From a virus (Duplodnaviria > Caudoviricetes), in the IMG/VR virus record IMGVR_UViG_3300042301_005632, positions 1 through 31,266 of that record: DNA of 31,266 nucleotides, one strand, 5' to 3'. Shown piece by piece: positions 26,102 to 31,266 of this stretch. Each line of letters opens with the position of its first letter. Positions within the stretch are counted from its first letter, which is position 1. The position numbers were made by a program, and so were the translations under genes. The notes beneath the pieces are model-generated. The model had not been told where the DNA came from. It saw only the letters and a program-made list of their open reading frames with translations, and did no database searches.

Positions 26102-29100
26102 TTATTTATTTTCTAATTTAATTATTCTATCTAGTAATTCCTTAATAAATATAGTTTGATTTTCAATTTTTATATTTAACTCTTTCATAGCTTCAATTAA
26201 AATTGCTACTACACGTGAGTATTCTACACCTTGAACTTCACCATTTTTATTAAAGCTTACTAGTTCTGGGAATATCTGGTAAATTTCTTCAGCTATTAAA
26301 CCAATTTCTTTAACGTCATTTCCAATTCTGTTGTAAGTTACACCTCTTAATTTTAATAAACTATTTAGAGGTTCTGGAATTGTTACAATATTTTCTTTGA
26401 TTTTCTGAGTTGAAGTTTCAACAATATTACCTGTAACTGTTAAAGTAGTACCATCAAATGTTAAATTAGTTTCACCATTGAATGGGGTACTGGAGTTACC
26501 AGTCATAGTAACTACGTTGTTGTTTACGTTACCACCCACGATTGCTGAAGTTGAGTTACCTGAAGAGCCTGAAGTGCCTGAGTTTCCTGAGTTACCTGAA
26601 GAGCCTGAGGTACCATTGTTTCCTGAGTTACCGCTTGAGCCCGAGGTACCGTTGTTTCCTGAGTTACCTGAAGAACCAGAAGTACCGTTGTTTCCTGAGT
26701 TACCTGATGAGCCTGAGGTACCATTGTTTCCTGAGTTACCTGTTGAGCCTGAGGTTCCTGAGTTTCCTGAGTTACCTGAAGAGCCTGAGGTACCATTGTT
26801 TCCTGAGTTACCTGTTGAGCCTGAGGTTCCTGAGTTTCCTGAGTTACCTGAAGAGCCTGAGGTACCGTTGTTTCCTGAGTTACCTGATGAACCTGAAGTA
26901 CCGCTGTTTCCTGAGTTACCTGTTGAACCTGAAGTTCCTGAGTTACCTGAGTTACCTGTTGAGCCTGAAGTTCCTGAGTTACCTGAGTTACCTGTTGAGC
27001 CTGAAGTTCCTGAGTTACCTGAGTTACCTGTTGAGCCTGAAGTTCCTGAGTTACCTGAGTTACCTGTTGAACCCGAGGTTCCTGAGGCACCTGATGAACC
27101 TGAAGTACCGCTGTTTCCTGAGTTACCTGTTGAACCCGAGGTTCCTGAGGCACCTGATGAACCTGAAGTTCCTGAGTTTCCTGAGTTACCTGTTGAACCC
27201 GAGGTTCCTGAGGCACCTGATGAACCTGAAGTACCGCTGTTTCCTGAGTTACCTGAAGAGCCTGAGGTACCATTGTTTCCTGAGTTACCTGTTGAGCCTG
27301 AGGTTCCTGAGTTACCGCTTGAACCAGAGGTACCATTATTGCCTGAGTTACCTGTTGAGCCTGAGGTTCCTGAGTTTCCTGAGTTACCTGAAGAGCCTGA
27401 GGTACCGTTGTTTCCTGAGTTACCTGATGAACCTGAAGTACCGCTGTTTCCTGAGTTACCTGAAGAGCCTGAGGTACCATTGTTTCCTGAGTTACCTGTT
27501 GAGCCTGAGGTTCCTGAGTTACCTGAGTTACCTGTTGAGCCTGAAGTTCCTGAGTTTCCTGTTGAGCCTGAAGTACCACGTGAACCCGAAGAACCTGCTG
27601 AGCCTGAAGTTCCTGAGTTACCGCTTGAACCAGAGGTACCATTGTTGCCTGAGGCACCTGATGAACCTGAAGTGCCAGCTGAACCTGAAGTTCCAGAGTT
27701 ACCGGTTGAACCTGAAGTACCCTGTGAACCTGAAGTACCTGCTGAGCCTGAAGTACCAGTTGAACCAGATGTACCTGTTGAGCCTGAAGTTCCTGAGTTA
27801 CCTGAAGAGCCTGAGGTACCATTGTTTCCTGAGTTACCTGTTGAGCCTGAAGTTCCTGAGTTACCTGAAGAGCCTGAGGTACCATTGTTTCCTGAGTTAC
27901 CTGATGAGCCTGAGGTACCATTGTTTCCTGAGTTACCGCTTGAGCCCGAGGTACCGTTGTTTCCTGAGTTACCTGAAGAGCCTGAGGTACCATTGTTTCC
28001 TGAGTTACCTGTTGAGCCTGAGGTTCCTGAGTTACCGCTTGAACCAGAAGTACCATTGTTGCCTGAAACACCTGATGAGCCTGAAGTGCCTGCCGAACCC
28101 GAAGTGCCTGAGTTACCGCTTGAACCAGAGGTACCATTGTTTCCTGAGGCACCTGATGATCCTGAAGTGCCTGCTGAACCCGATGTACCCGAGTTACCGG
28201 TTGAGCCTGAAGTACCACGTGAGCCTGATGTTCCAGTTGAACCTGAGGTACCACCTGAACCCGAAGTACCGGATGAGCCTGAAGTACCTACTGAACCTGA
28301 GGTTCCTGAGTTACCTGATGAGCCTGAAGTACCCTGTGAGCCTGAAGTACCTGCTGAGCCTGAAGTGCCTGAATTACCTGATGAGCCTGAGGTACCATTG
28401 TTGCCTGAGGCACCTGATGAGCCTGAAGTGCCTGCTGAACCCGATGTACCCGAGTTACCGGTTGAGCCTGAAGTACCCTGTGAACCCGAAGTACCTGCTG
28501 AGCCTGAAGTACCAGTTGAACCAGATGTACCTGTTGAGCCTGAGGTTCCTGTTGAACCTGAGGTTCCAGAATTACCTGTTGAGCCTGAAGTACCTGCTGA
28601 GCCTGAAGATCCTGCTGAGCCTGAAGTGCCTGAGTTACCACTTGAACCAGAGGTACCATTATTTCCTGAAACACCTGATGAGCCTGAAGTGCCTGCTGAA
28701 CCCGAAGTGCCTGAATTACCGGATGAACCAGAGGTACCATTATTTCCTGAAACACCTGATGAGCCTGAAGTTCCAGTTGAACCAGAGGTTCCAGAGTTAC
28801 CTGTTGAACCTGAAGTACCTGCTGAGCCTGAAGTACCTGAATTACCTGATGAGCCCGAAGTACCTACTGAACCTGAGGTTCCTGAGTTACCTGATGAGCC
28901 TGAGGTACCAGTTGAACCAGATGTACCAGTTGAACCAGATGTGCCTGAGTTACCGGATGAACCAGAGGTACCATTGTTTCCTGAAACACCTGATGAACCT
29001 GAAGTACCTACTGAACCAGATGTACCCGAGTTACCAGTTGAACCTGAGGTACCAGTTGAACCAGAAGAACCGGCTGAGCCTGAAGTGCCAGTTGAACCAG

Positions 29101-31266
29101 ATGTTCCAGCTGAGCCTGAAGTGCCAGTTGAACCAGATGTACCACCTGAACCTGAGGTTCCTATTGAACCTGAGGTTCCAGAATTACCAGTTGAACCTGA
29201 GGTACCAGTTGAACCAGAAGAACCGGCTGAGCCTGAAGTACCTGAATTACCACTTGAACCAGAAGTACCATTGTTGCCTGAGTCACCTGATGAACCAGAA
29301 GTACCCTGTGAGCCTGAAGTACCTGCTGAGCCTGAGGTACCAGTTGAACCACTTGTTCCGGTTGAACCTGAAGTACCTGCTGAGCCTGAAGTACCCTGTG
29401 AGCCTGAAGTTCCAGAATTACCAGTTGAACCTGAGGTACCAGTTGAACCACTTGTTCCGGTTGAACCCGAAGTACCTGATGAACCTGAGGTACCTGAGTT
29501 ACCGCTTGAGCCCGAGGTACCACTTGAACCCGAAGAACCTGCTGAGCCTGAGGTACCAGTTGAACCTGAGGTACCGGTTGAACCAGAAGTGCCTGCTGAG
29601 CCTGAAGTACCTGAAGTACCAGTTGAACCAGATGTGCCAGTTGAGCCTGAAGTACCTGATGAACCAGAAGTACCAGTTGAACCAGATGTACCACCTGAAC
29701 CTGAAGTACCTGCTGAGCCTGAAGTACCCTGTGAGCCTGAAGTTCCAGAATTACCAGTTGAACCTGAGGTACCAGTTGAACCACTTGTTCCGGTTGAACC
29801 AGAAGTGCCTGCTGAGCCTGAAGTACCTGAAGTGCCAGTTGAACCAGATGTGCCAGTTGAGCCTGAAGTACCTGATGAACCAGAAGTACCAGTTGAACCA
29901 GATGTACCACCTGAACCTGAAGTTCCTGCTGAGCCTGAGGTTCCACTAGTTCCTGTTGAACCAGATGTACCAGTTGAACCTGAAGTACCGGCTGAACCCG
30001 AAGTTCCTGAAGTTCCTGCTGAACCAGAAGTACCTGAAGTACCAGTTGAACCAGAAGTACCGGTTGAACCTGAAGTACCGGCTGAACCAGAAGTTCCCAC
30101 AGTACCTGAAGAACCAGATGTACCAGTTGAACCAGATGTGCCAGTTGAACCAGACGTACCTGATGAGCCTGAAGTACCGGCATTACCCGTTGAACCTGAA
30201 GTGCCTGAAGAACCTGAGGTACCTATTGAACCCGAAGTACCAGAGTTACCGCTTGTACCAGAAGAACCACTTGTACCTGAGTCACCGCTTGTACCAGATG
30301 AACCGGATGTTCCGCTTACACCTGAACTGCCTGATGTTCCTATTGAACCTGAGGTACCTGAGGAACCTGAAGTAGTTGACTGACCTGAAGTACCACCTGA
30401 ACCTGAAGTACCTGAAGAACCTGAGGTACCTATTGAACCCGAAGTACCAGAAGAACCAGATGAACCCGATGAACCTGAAGAGTTTGAGTTACCAGAAGGA
30501 CCAACATTACCACTTGAACCAGCTGTACCAGTTGAACCTGAAGTACCGGCTGAACCTGAAGTACCAGTTGAACCAGAAGTTCCTGTTGAACCCGAAGAAC
30601 CTGATGAGCCCGAGGAACCTGATGAGCCCGAAGTACCACGTGAGCCTGAAGATCCTGAAGATCCTGAAGTATCACTTGAACCAGAAGTACCAGTTGAACC
30701 AGAAGAACCTGATGAGCCCGAAGTACCACGTGAGCCCGAAGTACCACGTGAGCCTGAAGTACCCTGTGAGCCTGAAGAACCTGATGAGCCTGCAGTACCT
30801 GAGCTACCTGAAACTGAACCAAATTGGAAGAGGGTAGCAAATCGACAATCGACAGTTGTTGGGTTCGGAATTACATTACCACTTATTAACGTAACATCTA
30901 ATTCCCAATACCCAGTTTGGTCAATTATACCATTAATAAAATAAACCGCAGATTGGGCTCCGAAGTTAATAACACTTAATATTGTACCGGATAATCCAGC
31001 AGTGCTAGCATATCCATTAAAATCAAGTGGAAAGCAAGCAGTATCATTTAAATACCATTTTGTAACTGAAGAGCCCGTAGCATTATCTGCAGCAGCTTTG
31101 CCAAGTGCTGGTGGTACTAAAGTAGGTGAGGCATTTGACCAATCAAAACGAAAATATCTTACAGGATTAGAGCCAGCACCACCACTTTCACCTGATGAAC
31201 CTGCGGTACCTGATGAACCTGATGAACCTGATGAACCTGATGAACCTGTTGAACCAGCGGAACCTG
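26102..31266 (-). CDS. Giant Gly-X-Y repeat fibre protein with C-terminal peptidase S74 intramolecular chaperone (partial, at least 1720 aa)
   Basis: I translated the frame upstream of the track's GTG at 30100 and it is stop-free to the window edge. The C-terminus [11 protein letters not shown]...LRGVTY...IGLIAEE...FPELV...[17 protein letters not shown] plus coiled coil is an S74 pattern. Confidence 0.9.
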   Translation of the reverse strand, partial: GSAGSTGSSGSSGSSGSSGTAGSSGESGGAGSNPVRYFRFDWSNASPTLVPPALGKAAADNATGSSVTKWYLNDTACFPLDFNGYASTAGLSGTILSVINFGAQSAVYFINGIIDQTGYWELDVTLISGNVIPNPTTVDCRFATLFQFGSVSGSSGTAGSSGSSGSQGTSGSRGTSGSRGTSGSSGSSGSTGTSGSSDTSGSSGSSGSRGTSGSSGSSGSSGSSGSTGTSGSTGTSGSAGTSGSTGTAGSSGNVGPSGNSNSSGSSGSSGSSGTSGSIGTSGSSGTSGSGGTSGQSTTSGSSGTSGSIGTSGSSGVSGTSGSSGTSGDSGTSGSSGTSGNSGTSGSIGTSGSSGTSGSTGNAGTSGSSGTSGSTGTSGSTGTSGSSGTVGTSGSAGTSGSTGTSGSTGTSGTSGSAGTSGTSGSAGTSGSTGTSGSTGTSGTSGSAGTSGSGGTSGSTGTSGSSGTSGSTGTSGSTGTSGTSGSAGTSGSTGTSGSTGTSGSTGNSGTSGSQGTSGSAGTSGSGGTSGSTGTSGSSGTSGSTGTSGSTGTSGTSGSAGTSGSTGTSGSTGTSGSAGSSGSSGTSGSSGNSGTSGSSGTSGSTGTSGSTGTSGSTGNSGTSGSQGTSGSAGTSGSTGTSGSTGTSGSAGTSGSQGTSGSSGDSGNNGTSGSSGNSGTSGSAGSSGSTGTSGSTGNSGTSGSIGTSGSGGTSGSTGTSGSAGTSGSTGTSGSAGSSGSTGTSGSTGNSGTSGSVGTSGSSGVSGNNGTSGSSGNSGTSGSTGTSGSTGTSGSSGNSGTSGSVGTSGSSGNSGTSGSAGTSGSTGNSGTSGSTGTSGSSGVSGNNGTSGSSGNSGTSGSAGTSGSSGVSGNNGTSGSSGNSGTSGSAGSSGSAGTSGSTGNSGTSGSTGTSGSTGTSGSTGTSGSAGTSGSQGTSGSTGNSGTSGSAGTSGSSGASGNNGTSGSSGNSGTSGSAGTSGSQGTSGSSGNSGTSGSVGTSGSSGTSGSGGTSGSTGTSGSRGTSGSTGNSGTSGSAGTSGSSGASGNNGTSGSSGNSGTSGSAGTSGSSGVSGNNGTSGSSGNSGTSGSTGNSGNNGTSGSSGNSGNNGTSGSSGNSGNNGTSGSSGNSGNNGTSGSSGNSGTSGSTGNSGNNGTSGSSGNSGTSGSTGTSGSTGTSGSAGTSGSQGTSGSTGNSGTSGSAGTSGSSGASGNNGTSGSSGNSGTSGSAGSSGSRGTSGSTGNSGTSGSTGNSGNSGTSGSTGNSGNNGTSGSSGNSGNSGTSGSSGNSGNNGTSGSSGNSGNSGTSGSTGNSGNNGTSGSSGNSGTSGSTGNSGNNGTSGSSGNSGNSGTSGSSGASGTSGSTGNSGNSGTSGSSGASGTSGSTGNSGNSGTSGSSGASGTSGSTGNSGNSGTSGSTGNSGNSGTSGSTGNSGNSGTSGSTGNSGNSGTSGSTGNSGNSGTSGSSGNSGNNGTSGSSGNSGNSGTSGSTGNSGNNGTSGSSGNSGNSGTSGSTGNSGNNGTSGSSGNSGNNGTSGSSGNSGNNGTSGSSGNSGNNGTSGSSGNSGNSGTSGSSGNSTSAIVGGNVNNNVVTMTGNSSTPFNGETNLTFDGTTLTVTGNIVETSTQKIKENIVTIPEPLNSLLKLRGVTYNRIGNDVKEIGLIAEEIYQIFPELVSFNKNGEVQGVEYSRVVAILIEAMKELNIKIENQTIFIKELLDRIIKLENK
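26552..30808 (-). repeat. Coding tandem repeat: 473 nine-nt units encoding G-[S/T/N]-[S/T/N/A]
   Basis: 4257 nt = 473 x 9 with register kept end to end; Gly is replaced at only three positions I found (Asp 30671-3, Asn 30482-4, Thr 30374-6). Confidence 0.95.
31166..31264 (-). repeat. Second Gly-X-Y block (GSS-rich), truncated by the window edge
   Basis: [33 protein letters not shown] in the same frame as the fibre. Confidence 0.85.

Noticed and set aside
379-26102. Stop-codon reassignment as in some large Bacteroidota phages
   Set aside because: Genes are intact in code 11, and TAG (6493, 23548) and TGA (379, 9079) fall at natural gene ends.
30098-30100. GTG start given for the fibre in the ORF track
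   Set aside because: It is an internal Val codon within the repeat; the frame is open to the window edge.
26478-30383. 1301-aa plus-strand PEVP/PELP repeat ORF (titin PEVK-like appearance)
   Set aside because: Antisense shadow of the Gly-X-Y codons. It opposes all other genes and has no flanking domains, while the minus frame ends in a real S74 domain.
26552-30808. Possible CRISPR array or ice-nucleation protein
   Set aside because: There are no unique spacers, variation is codon-like, and the AGYGST 16-residue ice-nucleation consensus is absent.
26524-30840. Other long repeat ORFs (LSYLKS-type on plus, QVTQE/QVQLV-type on minus)
   Set aside because: Alternative frames stay open only because the 9-nt repeat lacks stops in them.

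Overview
Part of a large, AT-rich contractile-tailed (myovirus-like) phage genome. All credible genes are on the minus strand and use the standard genetic code. In transcription order (right to left) it holds: (1) a giant fibre gene, open past the right edge (at least 1720 aa), with 473 in-register Gly-X-Y triplets (X/Y mostly Ser/Thr/Asn) and a C-terminal S74 autocleaving trimerisation chaperone; (2) small fibre-associated proteins and a Kelch-like propeller; (3) a ~10 kb block of nine modification enzymes: four 2OG-Fe(II) oxygenases, a GT9-like transferase, a sulfotransferase, GT4-FkbM-GT25 and GT2-GT4 fusions, and a TibC/AAH-type protein-serine O-heptosyltransferase; (4) a tail module: sheath, tube, gp26/gp51-like chaperone pair joined by a candidate +1 frameshift, tape measure, tube initiator, LysM protein and hub with a lysozyme-like domain; (5) the 5' end of a probable PolA-like gene. 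Two promoter classes are visible: an exact 14-mer ATATTTATAATAAA before structural genes, and a Bacteroidota-sigma70-like TTG-N20-TAnnTT. The best candidate for an undescribed system is a phage-encoded pathway that glycosylates and tailors the Ser/Thr-rich fibre and sheath. Family calls rest on motif recognition, not database searches.
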